A stretch of DNA of 64,000 nucleotides from Mytilus edulis. Its lineage: Eukaryota. Under the pieces are notes generated by a model. That model made no database searches and was not told where the DNA came from. It saw nothing but the letters and a program-made list of their open reading frames with translations. The position numbers and the translations under genes are program-made. The stretch spans positions 37,324,001-37,388,000 of the forward strand of contig NC_092353.1 in assembly GCF_963676685.1 (NCBI RefSeq), read 5' to 3'. Numbering within the stretch: position 1 is the first letter of the stretch; each line of letters starts with the position of its first letter. This document shows positions 13,333-26,630 of this stretch, one piece after another.

Positions 13333-15524
13333 GTAAACTAAAATTAGAAATACAGTGAAGCCTGTCTTAATTAAACCCAGACTAAACTGGCACCCTACCT
13401 GCCTTTTCTGAACTCTTAAAGATCATAAAAGATTATTCTGATATAACATGTGTGTACCAAACTTCTGTTGATTCTTAGAATTTTTTTTGTACCGGTACTT
13501 CCATTTGGATCATCCCAATCGTCTGGTGCTCTCACTGTAACCCCCAGTTTTTTTAACGGGATTGTTTTCTATATTGTGGTTTGTGAACTTGTTTTTCTTC
13601 TGTTTGTTTTTTTGTCATGGCATCATCAGTTATTTGTCGACTTACGAGTTAGTCTAATTCTTTGATATTTGCCGCTCCTCTTTTCCAAAGAAGTTATAGT
13701 TTAGTTGTGCTATAATTTGTATACATTTTAAATCTGTGCCTAAATTGAATCCTCTTGAAATTTTTCTTTGTATATATTTATTTACTAGTAATATTATGGG
13801 GTACAACTGTTATTTATCCAAGTTTAGACACATGCATAAATATAAACTCTTAATAGCCTCCTAATGTTATCATTTTCATAATTATGAATTTATAAAAGTA
13901 AATTCTTCAACGCTGATTTTGTAGAAAAAATCTTCCAGGTTCTCTCACTTTTACCAATGTTTGACTGGTTGACATTCTGTATGTCATATTCAATTTATAA
14001 ATATTACAGACACATTAAAACCATAACCACCTGTTTAAAAACAGTAGCAATTATTCTCCTTATCTGCTAAAAACATCATCAATGTTATATAACATCCTAA
14101 ATTGCACACAAAGGCATACTCTTGTTTATAATGTACAGGTTCGAAGATAACCTCTCTTTTTAAAGGATGGGTGAAATTTGTAAGATATTATGTACAGTAG
14201 CTGATTTGAATGAAGTTTTATGGAACATCTGGAGTGTATTATCTTTTAAGGGGAGATAATGCTGTGATAACCTTAAGTTTGTGTATAACCCTCGATTGAC
14301 AGACTTATACAACATTTATTATCTCAACGAAAGCTAAAACATACAAATTATTTATTACTCGGATTTAATTCTAAAATAAGGAATTTATACAAATTATTTC
14401 TCCTTATGATAATAGATAGAATTAAAATGAAAGATGTTTAAAAAGCATCATTGTCAGTTGGATATTGTTGGAACAAATTCACCTCACTTTCAGAAATTTG
14501 TTTATTGAAACCAAACCTATATGGAAATTTAAACAAAATCTGCTTCTTACCATTTCTCTTTGCCTCAGGGAACCATTTTGAATTGTTAAACAGGAAATAT
14601 TTTTGTGTCTGTACAAAGTTGGGCCATTGTTTATCGTTGGTTGTTTGTTTGTTCAGAGGTGTGTTGATTTGTATATATATCTATTGTACAGTCCAGCGTT
14701 TTTTTTGCCATTTCTGATATCCCTCTTTATGTATTATTGATATTAAGCAGATAAAAATAAGAAGATGTGGAACCATTTCCAATGAGGCAACTCTCCACAA
14801 GTGACCAAATGACTAAGAAATTAACAACTATAGGTCATCATATGGTCTTCAACAATGAGTATAACCCATGTCAGCTATAAAAGGCCCCTAAATACATTTT
14901 TGTTGATGAGTTATCCTTGAATATTTCCTTGTCCTCAATCTGCATATAATGTTTGACCTTGAACTTGAGGTAAATTACAATCAATTATTGAATCATTTTT
15001 CACTTGTATAAATGATGTATTTTGGCTTTTTGACATCTTTCATATCAAGGTGCCTCAGTTAAGCATCTGTTTCTGATTGTGTTAAGTTTTAAATATATAT
15101 ATATATATATATATAAAAAAAATTGAGTACAAATTGCAGGCAAATGTTGGGTTTCAAACTAATGTAATGACTTATGCCAAATTTTTTATAAAAAAAAAGA
15201 TGGCTTAAAAGTCAGCACTGATCTTATAATTTTATTTTAAGTTTCATCTTTACCTCTATTTACTTTATGTGTTTCATCTTTTTGTCTAAACTAATTTTAA
15301 AAGTTGCACATTTGAGAACAAGGAATTAAATTCATCTCTTATTCTCTAAGAAGAGTAATTATCGCTGCATGGCAAAAGGATGCAATGCTGAGATTTATGT
15401 TTGTAGAGGGATGTTTTTAAAAACAGGTGTTTCTCTAAAATGAAGATGGAATGCTGAGATAACTTATTAGCACTATTAAATTGGGTCATCTCAGTATGTC
15501 ATAAATGACGTGTTTCTTGCTAAT

Positions 15525-15797
15525 AGATATAAGAAGATGTGGTATGAGTGCCAATGTGACAACTCTCAATCCAGGTCACAAATTGTATAAGTAAATCATT
15601 ATAGGTCAAAGTAGGGTCTTCAAAACAGAGCCTTGGCTCACACAGAACAGCAAGCTATAAAGGGCCCCAAAAATGACTTGTGTAAAAACTATTCAACCAG
15701 GAAAACCAACAGTCTTATCTATATAAAAACTAGAAACGAGAAACACTTATGTCGAACCACATCAACAAATAACAATTACTGAACATCATATTCCTTA
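15525..15797 (+). repeat. Interspersed repeat family A (SINE-like)
   Basis: ataagaagatgtggtatgagtgccaatgtgacaactctc.... Related copies at ~14755-14890, ~17955-18222 and 1-120; reversed at ~10455-10512. Confidence 0.75.
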
Positions 15798-16620
15798 ATA
15801 GTTTTGTTTGTAGGTTTAGTAAATGACTTTTTAAAAAGCTGCATTTTAGAAAGATTATAACAATCTGCAGTTAGAAGGCTATTGAAACTCTTTGACGCCA
15901 GTACATTTAAAAATACATTTATAGGGCCTTATCAAGCTCATCTTCCTAATCGTTGTCGAATTAATGGTTTTGTTTGAATACACATTTGTAACACATCAGC
16001 AGCACATGTTTAAGTACACATGAGTTGTTAGAAGTGTCATTAACAACAGTACAGACAGGTGTCACCAATCAAACATGTGTTTTAACATCAAAACTGATGG
16101 ATTACATTTATCTTTATGGTTGTATTGAGTGTGACAATGTACATACATAAGATAAGATATATGGTGGTATTTTTCTTTTGTATTTTTTTAAGGACTTTGG
16201 ACAAATTTCTTGAGTCAAAAAGGGCTTATAGTTGTAAACCTTTAAACAACCAGGGTGAACTGTTTCACGATAGTAGGTAAATATATGAACATGATACAGC
16301 CATTGACCTGGTAGTTAATGAAGATGTATCTGTCTCATTTATTTATGATAATGACTAAAGGAATAGTATTTATCATATTGTAATTGTCCTTTCTCTTCTC
16401 TTTTAACTGTCTAGTTATAAATATTTGAAATATTGGCACTTTTTTTTTTGGTTTGTTTTATGCCACTCATTATGGTACTTAGGTCTAGTGCAAAAATGTT
16501 TATTTGATGATGGAAGATCAAAAGAAAAACATGAGAATATTCTACACATTAATTTCTCCTTGCAAGCCTGGATGTGGTCAATTTGAATTGAAGGAAGGCC
16601 TGTTGATTTGAAGTAACATG

Positions 16621-16888
16621 TTTGTATGCCCTTCTTAGGGGTATTATATTTTGCTGTCTGTGCATTCGTCATACTTTCTGTCACGCTTCAGGTTAAAGTT
16701 TTTGGTCAAGATACTTTTTGATAAAAGTGAAGTCCACCAAACTTGAAACTTAGTACACATGTTCCCTATGATATGATCTTTCTAATTTTGGTGCCAAGTT
16801 AGAGTGTTGACCCCAATTTCACGGTCCACTGAACATAGAAAATAATAGTGTGTGTGAGGCATCTATGTACTAAAGACACATTCTTGTT
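16621..16888 (+). mobile_element. Helentron-derived non-autonomous (HINE-like) element, short family, decayed
   Basis: Homologous to 35449-35768 and 39233-39691; ends acacattcttgTT. Confidence 0.75.
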
Positions 16889-17202
16889 TTTTGTCAATTT
16901 ATACACCAACTAGACAAATGATAAAAGGTTTAGTTTTTATGTGCAGAAAGAAATTGTACATGCTTGGAAATATAGTATTCATTTTGCTGGGTTTTTTTGC
17001 TGTTATTTTATATCTAATTAACCAAATCGGTTTGGTTTTTTTTCCATTGAAGCTAACACTAAGACTGTCAAGCTAAAATAATGATGTAACTACTTAAAAA
17101 ACTCTTGCTGCACTGACAGGTATAAGTTGCTATACATGAACAGTAAACTATATGTACTAATTACAGTCATTAGATGTCATCAGATTGTTATCTTTTTTGC
17201 AG

Positions 17203-17282
17203 GCTGTGCTTTTGTTACATATGTAAATAGACAGTCAGCTCAAAATGCAATAAAAAGTCTTCATCATTCCCAAACAATGGAG
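17203..17282 (+). CDS. CELF2: CELF1/2-like exon C (RRM2 RNP1)
   Basis: tttttgcAG / GTATGT; encodes (G)[26 protein letters not shown]. Confidence 0.96.
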
Positions 17283-18734
17283 GTATGTAAATGAACGTTA
17301 GCATTCCGCACTAATTATATAATTCACTCATCATCATTACTATAGAATTCATTCGCTGACGTTTTTGTCCTATATTTTTTGTTGGGCTATATCACGTAAT
17401 TGTGTCTTGTTCCAAATGTAATGAAGTACATGCATGTTTCAATGTTTCAATACGTTTTGTGGCACATAGTTATCCCTAATAGATGTCATTTAGATAATGT
17501 AGATGTGAGTGTCTGATATTAATAGTATTTGTAGTACACTTATTTTAAAAAGTAATTATAATCACATCTATTGCTCTTGAAGAAGGTTAACAGTTAATTC
17601 TATGCAATAGATTTCTATTATAAAGGAGTCTTTATGTATAAGCAGTGAATGTATATGAGTAATTACTAATTAAACATACACAAACATGCATATCTTTATA
17701 ATGTGGAGTTTCAATATAAACAACAACAATATAAGTGCCATTCTTTTTATACATAGTTATTTCCTAGTGCATCATGAAAAGTTGTCTTTTGTCCATCCAT
17801 TCTGTAATCGGTACATAAATATTGATGACTGTATGTTATAACGCAACATGAGAGTTAAGTGGAATCTTTAAAGGAAGTTAATTTCATCCTGTATATCTTG
17901 TTGAAGGCAGTTTAGTTAGAGCTGTTATCATTCAATTAAAAATATGTAAATATAAAAAAGAAGATGTAGTATGAATGCCAACGAGACAACTCTTTACAAG
18001 AGACCTAATGACACAGAAATTAACAACTATAGGTCACTGTACAGCCTTCAACATTGAGTAAAGCCCATACCGCATATTCAGCTTTATAAAGCCCTAAAAA
18101 GACTTTTATTAAGAACAATTCATACAAGAAAAATAACAGCCTAATTAAAGTACAAAAAAAGAAGAAAAGAAAAAATATGTAACACAGCATCAAAGAACCA
18201 CTGAATTACAGGTTCCTGACTTGAAAGCCATTTCTCCAGCTTTCTTGTATGAAAATAGAAATAAAAATGCTGCAAGCCATGTTATAGAGTGAGTCTACAT
18301 CTTGAAGAGAATGTCAACAACACATACTTAAATCTAATATACTGTTAAATCAGATATATTCTGTATTCAATAATTATTGAGAATCTTGAACAATGGGCAT
18401 TAATGCGAGAAACTAATTGCAATTTCAGGACAGGCTATATACAAATAATCCTATCTGAACTGGAAATCAAAGTTTTTATTTGCAAAACCTATCTTATTTT
18501 AATTCTTCCAAATAATTAAAACATTGTAAACATTAGTTTGTTTACAGTAATGTTTTGACTTCTGTCTGAAATACATTTTCTAAGGAGATATTTATTGACA
18601 TGTCATTGTAAATGCACAGATTTGCAAGAACAGAGATCTGATTTTGGAGAAATAAAATTGCATTGAATAAAAGAAAAAGTCGTGTATAGTAGTTACTTTA
18701 TGTGATAAAAGAAATTAATTGATCAATTTTATAG

Positions 18735-18872
18735 GGCTGTAATGCACCAGTAGTTGTAAAGTTTGCAGACACACAGAAAGAAAAAGAACAGAAAAAGTTA
18801 AACAACATGACAGCTAATTTATGGAGTCTTTCAGTGGGAGGTTTAAATGCTCTTGGTCCACAATACTTGGCA
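18735..18872 (+). CDS. CELF2: CELF1/2-like exon D (RRM2 end, linker start)
   Basis: AG / GTAAGT; encodes [46 protein letters not shown]. Confidence 0.96.
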
Positions 18873-18912
18873 GTAAGTTTTACTTTTTTTATTATTTTTT
18901 CTCAAAAGCAAC

Positions 18913-19111
18913 TACTGTGGATTCATTATTATTTGTTGGATACCAATTTTCGTGGATTTCGTGGATACAAGTGAACCACGAAATTAAATGTTCAACGAAT
19001 GACATTTTATATAGTCTTGTACACAGACTTCTCCATAACCAAGAAATTAAATATCCATGAACATGCAAGCCACGAAAAATTGGACCCACGAAAATAAACG
19101 AGTCCACAGTA
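18913..19111. mobile_element. TA-flanked MITE
   Basis: TACTGTGGATTCATT...AACGAGTCCACAGTA, with internal ttcgtgg/ccacgaa subterminal repeats. Confidence 0.8.
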
Positions 19112-19743
19112 CTATGATTGAGATTGATGAACAAAGATGATTTTAAGTTGGTTTGCTTGTCATTTGTTAAGTGCCAGTTGAAATTTATAGATATAAAATG
19201 TAATTGGGTCAAAAATAGGTTAACCAGAAGGATACTCATGTGATCAGCAAGTCTTTATGCAGTTAAAAGTTTCAAATAATATATGCCTAGAAACATGTAA
19301 ATATTTGTTTTCCAAGCCTTGGTCATGTTGGCTGTGCCAATTTGAAAGACGTCAATCATTTATAACACACTATGAAATCTAATACACTGTGGAACCAGTT
19401 TTAGACTGAAACCCTTTATGACACAAATTTTGTTTGTGATTAAACAAGGGGTTGGTTCATACAGGGTAATACATTGATTGTCCTGAAACAAGAGTTCCAT
19501 TTAGACAGGTGTTACTATATTTAGGTTATCATTTATATTAAATTATATCTTAAGGATGTTCTGCCCCAGGAACAGATTACCTTTATAGCTGTATTTGACA
19601 AAACCTTGCAGAATTTTGGGTCCTCAATTCTCTTAAATTCATACCTACTCTGATATATTTTTGATTCAATCATCACTGGTGAGTATTTTTTAGACAAAAC
19701 CTGTGTTGGTCATTTAAAATCATAAGCCGGGTATCTTTGATAA

Positions 19744-19957
19744 GGCCAAAATAAAGTAATATGTGTGTTTCCTATTACATCTTTGAAAAAAATAGGGAAG
19801 ATAGGTAGAGAATTGTTTGTATTTTGAGTCTATGGGAGGGACATTCTTACTTAAACAGCACTTATAGAAAAATGACCAAGAAAACTTAAGGGTAGGCTAT
19901 TATTGAGCTTTAAAAATAGGGAGGCTAGGGAAATAGGCAATTTTGTTTTATTTAGCC
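19744..19957. mobile_element. PIF/Harbinger-type MITE (inverted copy of the 7840-8078 family)
   Basis: TAA TSD on both sides; GGCCAAA...TTTAGCC ends. Confidence 0.72.
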
Positions 19958-21416
19958 TAAGTTTTTTTTACAGACATTGTATTTCTTATTCTTACTGAAA
20001 AACATACTGTGTATAAAACAGATTTTGAAATATCTTTCAATTACATCATTATCCTGAACGCATATCATGTTTCTCTCTATTATGTAATGTGATAAAAGAA
20101 TAATGTCCAAAGTTTCCAGTTCTGGATAAACAGGTTATAAATTTCATATTTGTCAAAATAAAAAAAGTTTGTCTGATGTCTTTATAAAATATTCATGGTA
20201 AATTTGAGCTTTTTGAAAAAAGAATCTAAATTGGAGATATATCTTTGAAACCTGATGTTTTGAGTTATCTTATTCTATTTCAATAAACTGTTCTTTAATC
20301 AATAAATGAAGAAAAAACAACTTACTGAAAATACATAAACTATGTTTTCCTATTGAAGATGAATTACGCTACTTATAAAAACTTGATACTAGCTCTAATC
20401 CTGATATATTATCAAAAACACAAAAATTTTGCTATTTATTTTATGTAAAGACGGCTGACAAATTGCTATAAATCTTCTACGTATTACATAATTTGTTAGG
20501 GAAACCAGTTTCCCCGCACACCTTAAAATCATTTCATTTGCAATAAAATCGTCTTTCACTCCTTTCCCTGTTTTTTTCTGCCAATTAATGCAAGATATAT
20601 TCCATAGTTTAACAAGTTCAAATGTAAAACCACAACCACAGTGAATCATAAAAGATTCTTACGAGCTGTGAGTTGCTTTGAGTCGCTGCCACCAAATATG
20701 TTGATGAATAAATCGGAGATAAAATGTGAAGAATGATGTTTTTCTTAGTAATAATTAGCCATTTCTTTCAAACTGACAGAGTAAGAGTCCTTTGATGTTC
20801 AAAGGGAAAAAATGGAGTTTCGTGTTTAATGGGCACCAATTACTTAAATTGGGTAGGCTTTACAAGTGGATTATGCAATGAAAGCTAATAAAATGATGAT
20901 ATGTTTCTTGGTATGTTTTTGATTTCTGGAGCATTGAATGTACCTGACAAAAGTCTTTGAAGATATATTCAAAGGAAGCAAAGGGGTTGCCATACATATA
21001 CTGTATCACTCTGAAATTAGGAAAATGATGGCACTTATGTAAATAAAATGACTTCTACAAAAAAGTGATATTTTTAGCAATCCAGGCAAAATTTGCAAGC
21101 ATTACCTATCTGTCTCAATTTGGAGTTGTTGCTAACACATTTTAAGTAATGAGGTTTTGGAGATTTCAGATTTAAATGAATTCTAACTAAAATTGACTAC
21201 CTATTTAAAATACTAAATTTTCAAACCCCTACTTCAAACCATAAGTTCAAATTCCTAAATAAAAGAAATATTTCTGCTGATTAAGAAACCTCAACTTAGT
21301 GTTTTCATTGTCCCTTGTATTATCAAGTAAATTGTTGAATTGGAAGTTCATTGGGTACTTATCTGGAGTCTTGTGTCCTAATTTGTTTATGGACAAGAAA
21401 GGGTTAAAGTTTTACT

Positions 21417-21754
21417 AACAGTCTATTATTTGAACTTGGAATTATTTTCAATTATGGAATTTGCTTGATTTCTTGTTATTGAAATTTTTAATAAATTCCA
21501 TGTTTATTCTGTACTGAAATGTTCTGTGCTGCGCACAACACTTTCTATTACAAAGAAAATAGTATACTTCCAATAGAATGTACTGTGCTGTGCACAACAC
21601 TATCTAACCAAAATATATTGTATGGAAAGTGTTATTAACCACTCAAAAGATCATAATACCTAATAAACATGGAATTTATTAAAAAAATTTAAACACAAGA
21701 AATTATGCAAATTCCATAATTAAAAATAATTCCAAGTTCAAATAATAGCCTGTT
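21417..21754. mobile_element. Foldback/MITE-like element with ~92-bp inverted arms
   Basis: 21417-21508 is a near reverse complement of 21662-21754; the centre has a short tandem duplication (ctgtgctgygcacaacact). Confidence 0.75.
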
Positions 21755-23020
21755 TACTGTAGCTTCACTGTAAAGAACTACTTTCCTGTCGATATGTGCT
21801 TTGAAATCATTCATAAACGAATTCAATGCATATCTGTATTAAATGTGGGATATTCTTTTAATTATTTTTAAACATCTGATTTCTCAGTACAGCTGTTAGT
21901 TTAATAGTTAAAGATGTTTATTTTATTGGATAAATACATGTAACTGAAATAAAGGTAATAAAATAGAGAATTATTGCTGTTTCTCTAATTTACATGTTGT
22001 AACCTGATAGTTTAGTCAGTTTAATAGTAAATAGAAGGAAGAAAAAGAGATAGGCAGAACTCATTAGGTTATCAAGAGTATTTTAATAGATTTTTTTTTC
22101 AAACCTCAAACAAATGCTCATGGCAATTTTGTGGAAGAATGTCTGATATTCCATTTGTCTATTAATTTGACAAACTATTCAGCTAATACTGGGCAGCTAT
22201 TTAGGCTTAGGACAGACCAACTTATTCAATTTCAAGAGTACACAGGAATGGTTGATAACTAAAGAAAACAAAACCTGATAGCATTCAACATCCAAATAAG
22301 TAGGTGAAAATCTATGTTCTTGCTAGGGTGCAGATATAAGATTTGATGACCGAAGGGGTTAAGTTTTCTAACAAAAGACCAATTTGGCAAAACATACAGT
22401 GATTGGGTATAAATTAACAATGTCAAGGCCAAAAGTTAAAATAAATTCAATCAATTTTGTAATTAGTTGCAGATGCTTAAAAATAATTTATAAATAGTAA
22501 GAAAGTTATGGTGATGTTTTTATATTTTGTGATAATTAACTATTTGTTTACTCTTGGTAATAAATAAAGTATTACTTGCAATACTTGAGAATTATACAGC
22601 TGGTGTAAAATAGTAGGAACTCCTGGATCTAATGGTGATATATCATTCACCCTTGTGTACATCAGTAAACAACAAACAACCAATAACAAAAAATTACCTT
22701 AGACAGAAACTAAACTTTTTCAATTTCCAAGAATTATCGATTTTCTAGTATTAACAGCCAACAGATGCAAGATTCTAAATTTAAACTTTATCATTTCAAA
22801 GCATATCTATGACAAAGTTTGTTTTCACCACAGAAATCATAACAGAAATATAGAAAACTGGTTTGTTTTAAAACTTCAATAATAATATAATTATGTCATT
22901 GTTTAGAATAAAATGATGAATTACGTCCACAATGTAGCAAGATGATTAAACTTGCTTTGATGGGGCAGAATTTTGATCAAATAAACATGTAATTACAACT
23001 GATTTGATTGTTCTTTTCAG

Positions 23021-23078
23021 TTATTACAACAGGCAGCCGCAGCAGGGAACCTGGGAATGTTTAATTTAGGTAATATGG
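23021..23078 (+). CDS. CELF2: CELF1/2-like exon E (divergent linker); alternative end at 23069
   Basis: ttcttttcAG acceptor; encodes LLQQAAAAGNLGMFNLGNM(G). Two in-frame donors: GTAATA at 23070 and GTACGT at 23079. Confidence 0.85.
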
Positions 23079-23809
23079 GTACGTAGACAATGCTAATTAC
23101 CTTATTATCTTGTCTGTCTGTTTACAACCATGCCTTGTTGTGTTGACAAGGGTCAGTTAACTTCCGCCTAATGTTATGTAATATTTACACAACAGATACG
23201 GCAACAGGAAACACTGGTTACAAGTTAATAAGACAAATTTTAAGGAATTTTTATGATTATTTTAAGCAGAACTTGTATGTGAATAAATATAACTGGCACC
23301 TGTGAAAAGGAATTCCTTTAGAATCTTATTAACATTTTTCATCATGAAATGGTAGACCATATACACAGGAGAAATCTTTGATTTGCTGAAAAGACAGATG
23401 CACATATCGGAAACGTCTTAAATGCATGAACCTGTGCAATATTTTTTTGTGGTATTTTTAGAGATTTCCATGTCTAGACTCTTAAAAAAGTAGTTCAATA
23501 CTTATAGGTTAAAGTTATATTAGCTACATGTTCTGTGATTCACAACTTTATCATGTGTCCTATCTTATGGCATCGTTAGTCGTTAAATTCTCATTTATAT
23601 AGCTACTAGAATGTGTCTCTTGTAATGTCAAAAGAATAGCAGCTATTTGAAGCTCATGTTTACCTAATTTTAGCATGGCATACAACCAATTAATAACAGT
23701 GATTTAGACTTAACACTAGTTCTCTTTTTGAAACATCAAAGCATGATGATTTGTTTGTGGCTACAAATAATCACTAAATTCCAATTAACATTATTAAATG
23801 GCGTTTTTG

Positions 23810-24063
23810 TTTACAGCTAATTTCCTAATGCATGTTAAGCAAGACTTTGGTTAGTTTGCTTGCTTTGTTTGTATATATTGTACAATTGTAATTGGGATAA
23901 CATTCAATCAAACTTAAATATAATATATACAGGTTAGAATATGCCTATATATATTGTTTGAAGATGAAGATGTTAATTACAAAGCTTGAATTAAATCCAT
24001 ACAAACAGAGCAAGCAAACCTACCAAAGCTTTACTTTACAAGCATTAGGAAATAAGCTCTAAA
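23810..24063. mobile_element. Foldback/MITE-like element with ~65-bp imperfect inverted arms
   Basis: 23810-23874 pairs with 23999-24063. Confidence 0.65.
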
Positions 24064-24483
24064 TCTTTTTTTTTATAAGTACTGTAAGTTTCATTTTAAA
24101 ACAATGGAAAACCATTATTTTGAACAAAATGTTAAAATGTAAACTATAACCGAAGGATCAACTGAATGAGATGATTTTTATATCAGAGAAGTCCAAAAAT
24201 GCCACAAAACTAGCTTAAAAACGGCCAATTGCTGATCATTAGTACAAATGAATTAACTTGGACTTGTAATTTTATCACCTGTCTTTCATGAAGGTCAGCG
24301 TCATTATTACATTACCCTTGCATCTATGTGTTATTCTTGTGACTGATCTGCACCGAAAAACTGTCAGATCATTTAGGTTCAAAGATTTTTTATGGGGGAG
24401 CTGATATACTTCCAAATAAGTTTCTTCACATTTGTTCCATTTTCAAAATTTTATGTACAGGATTATGAATGAGTCGAGTTGTT

Positions 24484-24623
24484 AAATGACTACTGTAAAA
24501 TTTCTCTACCTTATTTATTTACCTATCAAAGGTGACACAGGGTTAAAATAAATTAGAAAAATGACTACTGTAAAAATTCTCTACCGTATTTGTTTACCTT
24601 TCAAAAGTCACACAGGGTTAAAA
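24484..24623. repeat. Imperfect direct duplication (~65 bp x2)
   Basis: aaatgactactgtaaaa...acacagggttaaaa at 24484 and 24559. Confidence 0.85.
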
Positions 24624-24653
24624 GAAAATATTTTTGTTTTCTCCTATTTACAG

Positions 24654-24725
24654 CAGGTGGTAATAATGGTCTGCAGCATCTATTACTGGCTCTTGCTGCA
24701 GCCGCGGCAGGAAATAACCAAGGAG
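24654..24725 (+). CDS. CELF2: CELF1/2-like exon F (linker, symmetric 72 nt)
   Basis: CAGCAG acceptor after a pyrimidine tract, GTATAA donor; encodes (A)GGNNGLQHLLLALAAAAAGNNQG(G); GC-rich island within an AT-rich intron. Confidence 0.8.
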
Positions 24726-26528
24726 GTATAATCTCCCCTTTCACATGCTCTTTTGCTTTTGTGTTTTGCCAGACAATAGTCTGTTTTTGTAGTGAACACT
24801 TATTTTTCAATGTATTTTTGTTGGGTATTTGTGATATTATATATCTTTACATTTCGACTTCAATATTGTAGTACGTTTTGGTTCTTTTTCTCTCTACATT
24901 ATAAACACCTTACTTTTTACTATTTTTTTCTCTTTGTGTTATTTTAATTCAATTATTGGTGTTATGTATCAGATAAAATTTAATCAGAAGGAAAGATGAT
25001 TGTTGTCAAGTCATATGTGTATGAAATGATAATTAAAGGTCCAGGTATATTACAGAACCTGTTTAAAATAAATTTCAGATCTACACAAGGGCAGAATAAC
25101 AATAAGTTGTTTAAGTTTAGCCACACATGAAGGTCTCGGTCATTTCAGCTTCTACAGGACCATTGTCTGTCCATCTGCTGTGACAAAAATTTTGTGCAAT
25201 TAAATTTATAAGTTGTGCTAGCCACACAGTACTTCTAGCAATAATTGACGTCACTCAAAATAATATTTAATCATAACACTTTGTGTTGAAGTTTTTGTGA
25301 AATTTATACTTGTCCAAACAGTTATTATTGTGAAACATTTGCAGTTTGAATGACTGCTTTTAAAATTTTGAGTGTTTATTATTTATTTAACTAAATTTCT
25401 TTTAAGTGTGAACAATTCAATTTGTTCTATTAGATATATACATATTGTTATTAATAAGGACCTTTAAATTTTACTGTTGAAGTGAGCAAACACTTAGGTA
25501 TTTAAACAAATATTGAAACATATCCAGGTAATAAAATTTACCATGGCCTAAGGGAAGTAACTCAATGGAAATCTTGAAAATTTTGGTGATATTTTTTTGA
25601 ACAATTTGAACAGGGTGTAAATTATAAGGTTCATAATTTTTCCATCCACCTTTAGGAAAACATGGTGGTTAAAATAGGCTAACGAATTCTAGAATATTAG
25701 TGCTACTATTTCTTGATATCTACATTTAGTCTATATTTTGCAAGAAGAGTCTAAAATTTTGTTCTATAAAAATAGGAAGTAAATTGAGGGATATTTGAAG
25801 GCTCTTTTTCAGGCACCCAAACCATTCAGACCATATTGTTAATGCATTCAATTGATCTTGAATTAACCACACAATACAATTTATGTGTTGTGCCTTCAAA
25901 GTCCCAATGATGTCTTTTTTCGAGAAAAAAAAGGTCTTAATGAAATATGCGTAAGGATCTCCAAATTTACAGCATGCAAGATGGAAACAGTTTTGATAAT
26001 TTTGACTGAATTATACATGTATTAATTCAGACATTTTCTAGTTTTTCTTGAAAACTTCAATATAAATCTCTTAAACTATAGTGGTTTGGCACCCTGTCAT
26101 TTATGAATAGATTTCAATCTTAGCTAATTGCAGAACTTGTAAAATTATTTGGGATTAAATAAATACATAGTTGATGTTTACCTATGTTCATGGAATCCAC
26201 AGAAATTGATACCACATAAATAAGAATGTATCAACTATAGGTATAACATGACTATTTAGGCATTGTGAAGTAATTGTTAAATTGGAATGATAGTTGGATT
26301 TTGCATAAGCGAGTTATGAAAATAATCTTTTTTCTTAACTTGAAACAGCATGTTGAGTTATAGAAATTAATTTAATTAATATTAAGTCAGTATTGCTGTT
26401 TTCCATACCTAGTTTTTTGCCATTTGAGTTTTTTGAAAAATATTTATTCTCTTTCATATAATTGATATATATTTGACTAGAACTATAGAGCAAATTTTGA
26501 TAGAGTTTACATTTTTTGGTTAATACAG

Positions 26529-26630
26529 GACTATTAGCTGCCCTTGCAGGGCTCCAGTTTAATGGTGGAAATTTATCCACCCCAAATTCACCCAGCGGAT
26601 CAAATTGCTCCAATAACAACAGCAGTACAG
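26529..26630 (+). CDS. CELF2: CELF1/2-like exon G (linker, symmetric 102 nt)
   Basis: tacAG acceptor, weak GTACAC donor; encodes (G)LLAALAGLQFNGGNLSTPNSPSGSNCSNNNSST(G). Confidence 0.72.
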
